From Pyrinomonadaceae bacterium (lineage in GTDB: Bacteria > Acidobacteriota > Blastocatellia > Pyrinomonadales > Pyrinomonadaceae): DNA of 64,000 bases. Positions within the stretch are counted from its first letter, which is position 1. Each line of letters opens with the position of its first letter. Where the stretch lies: assembly GCA_963724185.1 (NCBI GenBank), contig CAVRTN010000003.1, positions 261,085 to 325,084 on the forward strand, read 5' to 3'. Shown one piece after another: positions 31,601-42,840 of the stretch. The notes beneath the pieces were generated by a model. It had not been told where the DNA came from, did not search any database, and saw nothing but the letters and a program-made list of their open reading frames with translations. Both the position numbers and the translations under genes were made by a program.

Positions 31601-34600
31601 AGGGTTCTGGTCGCGCTCCGGCGCCAAGCAATACCACGGCTGATTTCCGCAGGAATGGCGGCTGCACCGACACCAACGACAATGCGGCTGACTTCCTCGT
31701 GTCGGCGCCCTTCCCGCGCAACACAAGTTCGCCGCTGAACAACTGCGTGGCCGGTGCTGCTCCTAATCTGACAATTGCCGACGTTTCGTTTGCCGAAGGC
31801 AACACTGGCACAACGATCGCAACCTTCACCGTTAGTCTTTCTGCTCCTGCGACTGCGTCCGATATCACCTTCGATATCGCCACGGCTGACGGCACTGCGC
31901 AGGATGACAATCCGACAACTGAAGACAACGATTACGTCGCGCGCACATTGACCAGCCAGGTGATTCCCGCCGGCCAGACAACGCTACACGTTCACGGTCA
32001 ACGTTAATGGCGATGTGGTAGTTGAAAATGATGAAACGTTCTTCGTAAACGTTACTAACGCTACCGGCGCCACGATCACTGACGGTCAGGCAGTAGGCAC
32101 TATCCAAAACGATGATGCACCCGCGTTAACAATTAACGACGTCTCCCAGAATGAAGGCAACGCCGGGACGAGCATATTTACCTTTACGGTGAATCTTTCC
32201 GCGCCTGCGCCAACCGGCGGCGTGACTTTTGATATCGCGACTGCTGACGGTACGGCGCAGGACGACACTCCCGCAACTGAAGACAACGATTACGTGGCCC
32301 GTTCGCTTACGTCGCAGACCATTGCTGCCGGTAATTCAACGTTCACGTTCGACGTCACCGTTAATGGCGACGTGAATATCGAGCCAGGCGAAACTTTCTT
32401 CGTCAACGTTACCAACGTCACCGGCGCTACTGTCGCCGATGGCCAGGGCCAGGGCACGATTCTCAACGACGATAGTCCATCCTTGAGCATCGCTGATGTC
32501 TCGGCAAATGAAACCAACAGCGGCACTACGATCTTTACTTTCACTGTCACGTCATCGCTACCTGCTCCCGCCGGTGGCATCACCTTCGACATCGCGACCG
32601 CCGACGTCACGGCGCAGGACGATAACCCGATAACCGAAGATAACGACTACGTGGCAAAGAGCCTGACGGGTCAGACGATCCCGGCCACGCAAACAACTTA
32701 CACTTTCGACGTTACCGTCAACGGAGACACTTTCGTCGAGCCGGATGAAACATTCGTCGTCAACATTACCAATGCTTCCGGCGCCGACGTCGCAGACGGT
32801 TCGGCAACCGGGACAATCGTGAACGACGACGTCGCTAATGTGGTGATTAGCCAGATCTATGGCGCTGGTGGCAATGCCGGGGCGACGCATCAAAACGATT
32901 TCATCGAAATCTTCAATCGCGGAACCACTACAGTGAATCTCGCCGGCTGGTCCGTGCAATACGTCGCAGCAACCGGAACCGGCACATGGTCTGTGACAGG
33001 TCTCACCGGAACGCTTGTGCCAGGCCAGTACTATCTGGTTCAGGAGGCCGGCGGCGCCAACGGTAGCCCTTTACCTACTCCGGACGCGACTGGTTCAATA
33101 TCGATGGCCGCCACCGCTGGCAAGGTCGCGCTCGTCAGTAACGGCACCGCTCTAACGGGGGGATGCCCCACCAGCGTCAACATCATCGACCTCGTAGGTT
33201 ACGGAACCACCGCGACTTGCTTCGAAGGAACCGGACCAGCGCCGGCGCCTGGCACCACTACCGCTGACCTCCGGAAGGTCGGAGGCTGCACCGACACCAA
33301 CGACAACGCGACGGACTTTTTGACCGCGACGCCAACGCCACGGAACACTGCTTCGCCATTAAACGACTGCAATGCGCCGCCCAATCTGACTATCGATAAC
33401 GTCTCGATAACCGAGGGCAACGCGGGAACTGTAGTCGCAAACTTTACCGTCAGCCTGTCGTCTGCTGCCCCGGTTGGCGGCGTCACGTTTGACATTGCTA
33501 CCGCCGACGACACTGCGCAGGATGATAATCCGGCCACCGAAGACAACGACTACGTTGCGAACTCCCTGACAACGCAAACGATCACGGCCGGAAATTCAAG
33601 CTATAACTTCGCCGTCACTATTAATGGCGACGTTATCGTCGAACCAAATGAAACATTTTTCGTCAACGTGACCAATGTCACGGGTGCGACGGTAGTTGAC
33701 GGGCAGGGCGTGGGTACTATTCAGAATGATGACAGCGCGGTAGTTCCAACGTTGTCTGTGAATGACGTCTCGCTAAGCGAGGGCAACACAGGAACCACGA
33801 CTTTCGCGTTCACAGTCAGTCTTACTGCAGCAGCGCCGGTAGGGGGCGTCACCTTCGATATCGCAACCGCTGACGGCACAGCGCAGGATGATAATCCTGC
33901 CACCGAAGACAACGACTACGTCGCTCAAAGCCTGACGACGCAAACGATCACCGCCGGGAATACTTCATACACGTTCAACGTTACGGTCAACGGCGACGCC
34001 GTGGTCGAACCAAACGAAACCTTCTTCGTTAACGTCACCAATGTATCGGGAGCCACGCCGGGCGACGGCCAGGGCCAGGGGACGATTCAAAACGACGACT
34101 CGGCTGCATCTCCAGGCGCCATCCTGATCAGCCAGGTCTACGGCGGCGGCGGCAATGCCGGCGCGCCGTTTACGCACGATTTCATCGAATTGTTTAATCG
34201 AGGCGGGACTGCCGTTGATGTGACGGGATGGTCCGTTCAGTACAACTCGGCTACCGGAACCGGCGCGTTCCAAGTCACACCGATATGCCCGACTGGTCCA
34301 TGTCTGATCCAACCAGGACAATATTTCCTGGTGCAGGAAGCTTCGAATGCTGCCGTCGGGAGTGCCTTGCCGACTCCGAACGCGACTGGAACAATCATCA
34401 TGGCCGCGACGGCAGGCAGAGTGGCCGTCGTTTCCAGTACCACCGCAATCGCAGCCAGTGCCACCTGCGGCACCCAATTGTCCTCCGCGGTTGATTTCGT
34501 TGGTTATGGTGGCACGGCAATCTGCTTCGAAGGCGCCGCCGCGGCTCCTGCACCCAGCGCCACCAACTCCGACCAACGCGCCGCGGGCGGGTGCACAGAC

Positions 34601-34804
34601 ACCAACGTAAATTCTGCAGACTTCGCCACCGGCGCGCCGAATCCGCGCAACAGCAGTTCACCATTAAACGTTTGCGCCGGCCCCGAACCCCAGCCCGAAA
34701 AACCGTCCCGTGCCATAGACGCAAGCGATATGGGCTTTGTCATCACAGGCTTCATCGGTCCTCCAAATTACCGGGCCTTCGGTCGTCGATTCCCTGTCCG
34801 CTGA
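25612..34804 (+). pseudogene. giant (~3,060-codon) secreted multidomain protein: signal peptide, PD40 propeller, TIGR03437-like Ig, LTD, Big_2, LTD, then 10 Calx-beta units interleaved with 4 LTDs; about 4 frameshifts
   Basis: Same-strand fragments 25612-26523, 26525-27967, 27727-32007 and 32015-34804 read through without loss of similarity at the junctions (~26500, ~27728, ~27755, ~32000). Motifs are listed in the findings. Confidence 0.8.
28909..34680 (+). repeat. intragenic tandem array of Calx-beta-like (~115 codons) and lamin-tail-domain (~185 codons) modules
   Basis: Calx-beta unit ends (I/L-x-NDD) fall at 29247, 29589, 30495, 30837, 31194, 32116, 32473, 32830, 33733 and 34099. LTDs are at ~29590-30150, 31195-31760, 32831-33376 and 34100-34680. 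Confidence 0.85.
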
Positions 34805-34845
34805 GCGCGCCAGGTAGCAACCGAGCAATCCACGAATTACACTAA

Positions 34846-35904
<1,059 letters not shown>

Positions 35905-35918
35905 GAGAGACTTTCAAA

Positions 35919-37427
35919 GTGAACCACGTAAAACTCAAAAGCCTTTCACTGCTCGCTGCTTTTCTGATCATTGTTATCAGCGCCCAGACGCTATCAGGCC
36001 ACGCGCTCGCGGGTCAGCGCGCCGGTCGTGCCCAAAATGCGGCATTGCTGACGCCAGCCCGCGTTCGCGAGGAGTTTCTTCACGCGTGGAATGGTTACAA
36101 GAAATACGCGTGGGGCCACGACGATCTAAAACCCTTAAGCAAGACCCATCACGACTGGCATGCCGAGCCACTCCTAATGACGCCGGTCGATGCCCTCGAC
36201 ACGATGATTCTCATGGGCTTGAACGACGAGGCGAGGAAGACGCGTAAATACATCACAGCGAATCTTAGTTTCGACAAAGACATCTACGTTCAGAATTTCG
36301 AGATCACTATTCGGCTGCTGGGCGGATTGCTTTCAAGTTATCAAATGACCGGCGATAAGCGACTGCTGGCCCTCGCGGAAGATCTGGGCAACCGCTTGCT
36401 CCCCGTTTTTGAGTCGCCCACCGGGCTTCCTTATCGCTACGTGAATCTGAAGACCGGCAAGGTGCGCGACGCCCGCACCAATCCCGCCGAAGCGGGCACA
36501 TTACTGGTCGAGTTTGGCACCTTGAGCAAACTTACCCGTCGTCCCGTGTTCTACGACAAGGCAAAACGCGCCCTGGTTGAGATTTACAAACGCCGCTCGA
36601 CGATCGGTTTAGTCGGCACCTGGATCAATGTGGAGACAGGTGAATGGGTTAATACCGATAGCCACATCAGCGGCGCCATCGATAGCTACTACGAGTATTT
36701 GCTGAAGTGCTGGTTGTTGTTTGATGACCAGGATTGCAAACGCATGTGGACCGACAGCATCGCAGCGATCCACCGTTATCTTTCTGACAACGTCGACCGC
36801 GGCCAGCGAGTTCTAAAACGAGAGCTTTGGTATGGCCACGCCGACATGAATACCGGCGTCCGGAAGGCGACTACCTACGGGGCGCTGGATGCATTTTTCC
36901 CCGCGGTGCTGGCGCTTTCGGGCGACTATCATAGCGCCGCACTTTTGCAGAAATCGTCAGTGAAGATGTGGGACCAATGGGGCATCGAGCCTGAGGAGAT
37001 TAACTATAAGACCCTGGAAGTGGTTTCGCCTGGATATCCGCTCAGGCCTGAAATTATCGAGTCCACTTACTATCTCTATCATTACGCATCGATGGATCCG
37101 GTGACTCTAAGTAGACGTCCCTCACTGGGACCGCGAGCGTCTCGACCGCAATCTACCGGGAGAAGACTTTTACCGCATGCATCGACGTACCGCCGGGAAG
37201 GCGAACAAATGTTTGCAGACTTCGTCAAGCACTGTCGCGTGGACGCCGGTTATGCCGCACTCGAGAGTGTCGTCACCAGGAAGCACTCCGACTCAATGCC
37301 GAGCTTTCTCTTTGCCGAAACTTTCAAATACTTCTACCTGCTGAGCGCACCGCCTACTACGCTCGACTTCGAGAAGGTCATCTTCAACACCGAGGCTCAT
37401 CCGATTCGCCGCACGTGGCGAAACTGA
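35919..37427 (+). CDS. glycoside hydrolase family 47 (class I alpha-1,2-mannosidase-like), secreted
   Basis: A signal peptide is present. GH47 hallmarks are FEITIRLLGGLLSSY, TLLVEFGTLSKLT, GAIDSYYEYLLK, LRPEIIESTYYLY, FAETFKYFYLL and FNTEAHP. Confidence 0.85.
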   Translation: MNHVKLKSLSLLAAFLIIVISAQTLSGHALAGQRAGRAQNAALLTPARVREEFLHAWNGYKKYAWGHDDLKPLSKTHHDWHAEPLLMTPVDALDTMILMGLNDEARKTRKYITANLSFDKDIYVQNFEITIRLLGGLLSSYQMTGDKRLLALAEDLGNRLLPVFESPTGLPYRYVNLKTGKVRDARTNPAEAGTLLVEFGTLSKLTRRPVFYDKAKRALVEIYKRRSTIGLVGTWINVETGEWVNTDSHISGAIDSYYEYLLKCWLLFDDQDCKRMWTDSIAAIHRYLSDNVDRGQRVLKRELWYGHADMNTGVRKATTYGALDAFFPAVLALSGDYHSAALLQKSSVKMWDQWGIEPEEINYKTLEVVSPGYPLRPEIIESTYYLYHYASMDPVTLSRRPSLGPRASRPQSTGRRLLPHASTYRREGEQMFADFVKHCRVDAGYAALESVVTRKHSDSMPSFLFAETFKYFYLLSAPPTTLDFEKVIFNTEAHPIRRTWRN

Positions 37428-37495
37428 CTGTCGCCCGGTCGCCATGAACGCGTGTCGAACGAGCCCTTCCGGTTCGTCGTTCCCGACATCCAGAT

Positions 37496-39085
37496 TCAGC
37501 CCACTCGACCCTTAACGAGACCTTCGTGCGCATCGAATGCTCTCATAGCGTCATCGGTGGTCGAGATGGAATTCAGATCAATGACCGCGCCGGTGTGTTG
37601 TTTCAAACGGTCGGCGGCGGCGGCGATCAAGTGGCGATGCATATCCGAGAGCGGGTGCGCGCCACATCCTTTGAAGGCTGGCGGCGGAATCGGTTTGATG
37701 TCAGGTACGTCATCGCGTGGCTTGTCTCGGGACAACACTTCACTCACGTCGTGTCGCGCCTTTGTCTCGTCTCCGTCAGATGCTCACCACGTAGCCAGCG
37801 CTCCGACGCGGTCTTAATAATAGAAGTGTGATCGAAGACTCTGCTGCAAACAGTTCCCTCCTCGATCAAAGGTGAAACCAGAATCGCGGGCACGCGAACG
37901 CCATAACGCTTGAAGTCGAATCCACTGTAGCCGGGATGACCTGGCGGAGGAAATCTGTCGTCGGGAGCAACCGCGAACGGCGGCGGCGTGGGCACGTGAT
38001 CGTAGCACCCGCCGTGCTCATCAAAAGTTATCACCAGCAACGTGCTCTTCCAGTCTGGTCCACGACGCAGCGCATCGTAGACTCTGTAAACGAAATCCTC
38101 GCCATTCAAAACATTTGTGGCCGTTCCGGTCTCGGTAACTGCGAAGGCCGGGTGCATGTCGTTTTCAGGACCATACGTGCTGCTGCACAACATGTTAGGC
38201 TCAATGAACGTGTAGCTCGGCAGTCCACCCGGGGTCGCAGCGTCGGCGAAAAACTCCGCAATGGGTGTGAAGTGACGACCCAGCGGCGCAAATTCCCATA
38301 GCCTTTCCTGGATCATCAAAGCGTTGCACAAGAGTAGCGGGCCGCTGTGATAGATCCGCCAATCGATTCCGGCCCTCGAGAGGAGGTTGTAAATTGTGTC
38401 GGTGTTGTTTAGCAGGTAGCCAATGTCCCAGGGATGCGGCCCGGTTTTCCAGCCGTTGACGACGTAGCCGGAAGAGGTTGCCGCATGGACAAACGACCGA
38501 TTAGGGAAGGTTTGAGTGGGCACGGAACTGAACCAGTGATCACAAACTGCGTAAGCGCGCGCCAGGCCATTCATCACCGGCAAGCGATCGGGCGTAAAAC
38601 AATTCATGATGATGCCCGGATCCGTCGCCATCGGACTGTTGCCGCGAAACAGACGAAGCGAGAATTCGGCTGCAGCCTTTTTTCGCCACACCCGCGGCTT
38701 CGATAGCCTCGGCATAATTGATCACGAAACCTTCCATACTCGGCGAGGTCGTAGGGTTAGGAACTGGATTCGGATTCGACTGATCGTTGTACATCTGCGC
38801 GTAGACATCGGCATAAGGCTCGTTGGGATCTGGATAGGGATCGATGTTTGAGGTTCCTTTACCGACGCAGGCTTTGTTAACTGAAACATCTCCGCCGCCA
38901 GGCCGTGGATTGCATAAGACTTTCCCAGAGACCCCGTCGAACTTCTGATCCCGCGGCACTTTATCGAATGGGGGTTTGTTGTCCGGGTCGTAGAGCCAAC
39001 CCAGAACGTTGTCAAACGATCGGTTCTCGAGCATCAGCACCACAATATGGTCGATGCGATTCAAAGCATTTTGATCAGTTGCCAT
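37496..39085 (-). pseudogene. phosphoesterase family protein (phospholipase C / AcpA-like acid phosphatase), at least 2 frameshifts
   Basis: Fragments are 38540-39085 (IDHIVVLMLENRSFDN), 37744-38715 (FIEPN...NDMHP, ITFDEHGGCYDHV) and 37496-37747 (C-terminal continuation in another frame). Confidence 0.8.
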
Positions 39086-39386
39086 GAGATTGTTCCTGAA
39101 AGTTGCTTGAGACTTCAGCCGATGGAACTGGCCCGGCGAATATTGCAGCGGTTTCGTTTACTACTTTCCGAGCCGGTAATGCAACGGACTTCGCACCGGG
39201 AGGACGACGTGTATCCTCCATTTGCTTCGCGATACAACGCATCGCACAACTTCAATCGCAGAATTCCTGTTCGCACTTCACTGCTAACGCCAGCGGACGC
39301 TCGCAGTCTCCGTTAAACGCTTAACATTGTTTGATGTGGACAGCCAGCTTGCTCGCCTTGATTCGCACCGCTTAGACTGAGCGCCG

Positions 39387-41408
39387 ATGCATTCCATTGC
39401 CGACGCCCTCACATCTTTGCGCGAACATTTCGGTTTCTCCGATTTTCGTGAAGGTCAGCGTGAAGTTGTCACCGCCATTCTCGAGGGTAAAGATGCCGTG
39501 GTTGTAATGCCTACGGGCAGCGGCAAGTCTCTCTGTTATCAGCTTCCTGCCTTGATGCTCGACGGCGCCACCGTCGTAGTTTCCCCGCTGATCGCGCTGA
39601 TGAAAGATCAGGTCGACGCGCTTCACGCGCGCGGCCTACCCGCCACGTTCATCAACAGTTCGATCGACGCGTCGGAACAGGGAAAACGGATTCATGGGCT
39701 GCGTCGCGGCGAGTTCAAGCTGGTGTATGTCGCGCCTGAACGCTTTCGCAGTGGCAGGTTTCTCGAGGCGCTCCAGTCGCTGCACATTTCTCTGTTTGCA
39801 GTTGACGAGGCCCACTGCATTTCCACCTGGGGTCACGACTTCCGTCCTGATTATCTCGCGCCTGAAGAAAGTGGTCCAGTCGCTCAATAGCGGTGACGCG
39901 CGCGCCCGCAAACTCTCGCGCTTACAGCCACCGCCACGCCCTATGTGCGTTCAGACATCATCGAACAACTTGGATTGATCGCGCACCCGAGCACTTTTGT
40001 CAGCGGCTTTGACCGACCAAACCTGACCATCGACGTGGTCCATACTGAAAAGGATCGAGAGAAGGTCGGGAGGATCAAGCGACTCGCGAAAACCACGTGA
40101 TGGCGGCTCAGGAATTATTTACGCATCTACTCGCAAAGCGGTGGAGCAAGTAACCAATCACTTAGCGCCGAGGGGCTGAGCGTGACTGCCTATCACGCCG
40201 GCCTGGGTGATGCATCGCGTGTGAAGGCGCAGAACGAATTCATGTCGGGTGCGGCCCAGATGATCGTGGCCACCAACGCATTCGGCATGGGCATCGACAA
40301 GCCGGACATCCGATTTGTTGCTCATTATCAAATGCCCGGGTCGATTGAAGCCTACTATCAGGAGATTGGCCGCGCCGGACGTGACGGCCTTCCTTCTTCA
40401 TGCGTTTTGCTTGTTCAACTACGCCGACAAAAACACGCACGACTTTTTCATCGAGGGTTCTTATCCAGGACCGGAACTGGTCAAAGAAGTTTACGCTTCG
40501 CTTACTGGCGACCGGCTTGAAGCGGATAGAACTCTCGGCGTCCGAAATAGCGAAGCGCGCCGGCGCTCGTAACGAGATGGCGGTTCAATCTGTTCTCTAC
40601 CTGCTCGAACGCGCCGGTCACATCGCCAGGAGTTCCTACGACCAACGCACTGCCCGATGAACCCCCTCCATGGGAAACCGCGGCCAGAATCAAATCAGAA
40701 GGAGCGGTGGTCTCGAAGGGATCGGGCGCGACTGCGTCTTCTGGCAAGAGTCAGCCGCGCCGCGGTCGTAGCATCATCATGTTGGACCAGGCGCCGTTGA
40801 CAGCTCTCCGCGTCGAGTCTGGTGATGTTGCTCGCCGGGCAGCGCTTGAGCGTCGAAAGCTGCGAGAGATTATCGAGTTTTGTTATACGGAGCACTGCTA
40901 TCGCGCTCATATCCTTGACTACTTCGGCGACCGTCATCATGCACGCAGGTGCGGCACGTGTGGAAATTGTGCGCCAACTTCTCCTGCACGAACTCCGTTA
41001 ATCGGTGACGAGTTAGTGTCTGCCACTGTACCGTCCAGCCGAAAGTTAAAAGGCACAAAAGCTGCATCGGTCCCGTCGCTTCGTGCACTCACTACTGCGG
41101 AACATCTACGCGTGCGAAAGATACTCGCCTGTGCCGCCCGCTTGAAGGGACGATTTGGCAAAACAATTCTGGCGAACACGCTGCGCGGCTCAGCGGCCAA
41201 GGCCATAATGCAATCCCACCTGAACGAGCTGTCGACCTATGGGATTCTGAAAGAAATGCGACTTGAGGAGTTGCTCATCCTGATTGATTCGCTGGTCGCG
41301 GCAGAGTGTCTCAAGCTGAGTGGCGGAAACTATCCAACGGTTTCCATTACTGACCTGGGGGAACGGGTAATGCGCGAGCAGGCGCAGGTAGAGTTGAGAC
41401 TAGATTAG
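39387..41408 (+). pseudogene. recQ: ATP-dependent DNA helicase RecQ, at least 4 frameshifts
   Basis: 39387-39890 carries FREGQREV, MPTGSGKSLCYQLPAL and DEAHCISTWGHDFRPDY. 40182-40520 carries ATNAFGMGIDKPDIRFV and QEIGRAGRDG. 40707-41408 carries the CGTCGNC zinc motif, the RQC domain and the C-terminal domain. Confidence 0.85.
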
Positions 41409-41766
41409 CAGGAAGAAGTCATCGTTCTGATCACGCTTTGCAGTGACTTGACCGTACCGACCTTCGTCGACCGCAACGCTCACAAGCTCCAACTATCGGC
41501 TGGTTCCTCCGCTGCTGGAACTTTTGTATTTCTCATCAACAAGGGCACTTGCGAAACGCTATTGTGTCCCGCTGGAGACTCATCTTAGACTTGCGACTCG
41601 ACAACCTCGGTGACACGTCACACTTACCTGAGTCGCCTGGAAGACTTTCATTGTCCAAACGACCTCAGCCCGGATCAGGAAGCAGAGGTTCCTTATCATC
41701 GATTCGACAACAGCGACAGCGACCGGAGAAGCCGGCACGGCTCGGCGAATTGTTTGGCGCGACCTG

Positions 41767-42387
41767 ATGGATGCTTTGGGCTGCGCGGATTCGCATGTTT
41801 ACCCAGCCGGCGTTGAACTCTTTCGCCAGGATTCCAGTCCCGGTCAGATCTATTTCGTAGAGACCGGCGTCACCAAGTTGACTCGTTACGAAGAAAATGG
41901 CGGCGAGTTTATTCTGGACATTCGGTTTCCGGGTTCGCTTCTGGGTTCGGAAGCACTTATACGTCAAAGGCCCCACTCGTTTTCCGCCGCGACAGCTACT
42001 CCCTGCCGTCTGATGCCTCTTTCAGCATCGCACTTTCTTCGTCTACTGAAGACCGAATCGATATTGGCAACGTTTCTTCAGGACAGCCTTTGCGCAGCGG
42101 TGTTGAGCCAGGCCGCTCGTATGTCCGAGATTGCCTGTTTGCCTGCTCGTCAACGTCTGGAGCAATTGCTCTGGATGCTGGCCCACGAGCGCTTTGAAGG
42201 CGGCAAGCGAGGCTTCAAGTTTCAATTACCACTCAAGCATTGGGAGGCTGCGCAGTTACTCGCAATTACTCCTACCTACCTTTCTCGTCTGTTGGGTGAA
42301 CTGGAGACGGAAGAAATAATTAGCCGGCGAGGTGGCTGGATAGTACTCCGAGAGCCGGCGAGTCTCTGGCATCGAGTTGATGAGTGA
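41767..42387 (+). CDS. Crp/Fnr family transcriptional regulator
   Basis: 206 aa with a cNMP-binding-like beta-barrel (YPAGVELFRQDSSPGQIYFVETG) and a C-terminal HTH (EAAQLLAITPTYLSRLLGELE). Confidence 0.85.
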   Translation: MDALGCADSHVYPAGVELFRQDSSPGQIYFVETGVTKLTRYEENGGEFILDIRFPGSLLGSEALIRQRPHSFSAATATPCRLMPLSASHFLRLLKTESILATFLQDSLCAAVLSQAARMSEIACLPARQRLEQLLWMLAHERFEGGKRGFKFQLPLKHWEAAQLLAITPTYLSRLLGELETEEIISRRGGWIVLREPASLWHRVDE

Positions 42388-42486
42388 GAGCCGACTATTG
42401 CGTTTCAAAGTAGTTCGATCACGGGGTCATACCAGTTGAACGACAATCTACAAGGGGAGTCTTTAAGATGCGGGAGGTTGAAATCA

Positions 42487-42750
42487 ATGACAGATGAAGT
42501 GCCCGGCACTCGGGATGACTTGGCAGTAAGGGCCGTTCTTCTCCTTGTTCCAGTCACGTTGACGGCGCGATTGCTTGAACTCTGGGCGCCGAAGCCGTTG
42601 TCATGGCCGGTGAGCGCTCTGGCTTGGATGCTCTTGATTTACTGGCTGCCTACTAGAGCGGACTTTAGCTTCCGGCGTTGGATAATCATAGTATCGGTCT
42701 CAGTACTGCTGGTCCTCATCGTCGCGATTCTGCAACCAGACTTGCTTTAA
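42487..42750 (+). CDS. hypothetical 87-aa membrane protein (about 3 TM helices)
   Basis: ATG at 42487, 8 nt after GGGAGG. The sequence is hydrophobic and Trp-rich, with no recognisable family. Confidence 0.4.
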   Translation: MTDEVPGTRDDLAVRAVLLLVPVTLTARLLELWAPKPLSWPVSALAWMLLIYWLPTRADFSFRRWIIIVSVSVLLVLIVAILQPDLL

Positions 42751-42840
42751 CGACTTGGGCTGGTCTTCACGAATCCCTTTTAGCAGCGCTTCACTTTGGC
42801 GCTCATCGACCACTGCACTCTAACTACCTGGAGGACCCCT

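Noticed and set aside
29808-34576. Long minus-strand ORFs inside the giant gene (for example 29808-30290, 29815-30360, 30442-31056, 31398-31928, 32558-32959, 33965-34576).
   Set aside because: They are mirror-frame ORFs of a GC-rich, repetitive plus-strand coding region. They are Arg/Ser/Ala-rich low-complexity translations that repeat with the Calx/LTD period, and none has an RBS or recognisable motif.
41609-41623. The palindrome GGTGACACGTCACAC upstream of the Crp/Fnr gene, as a Crp-type operator.
   Set aside because: It is only a 5-bp GTGAC/GTCAC inverted repeat with a 2-nt centre. It does not match TGTGA-N6-TCACA or TTGAT-N4-ATCAA spacing, and no second copy occurs upstream of the other island genes.
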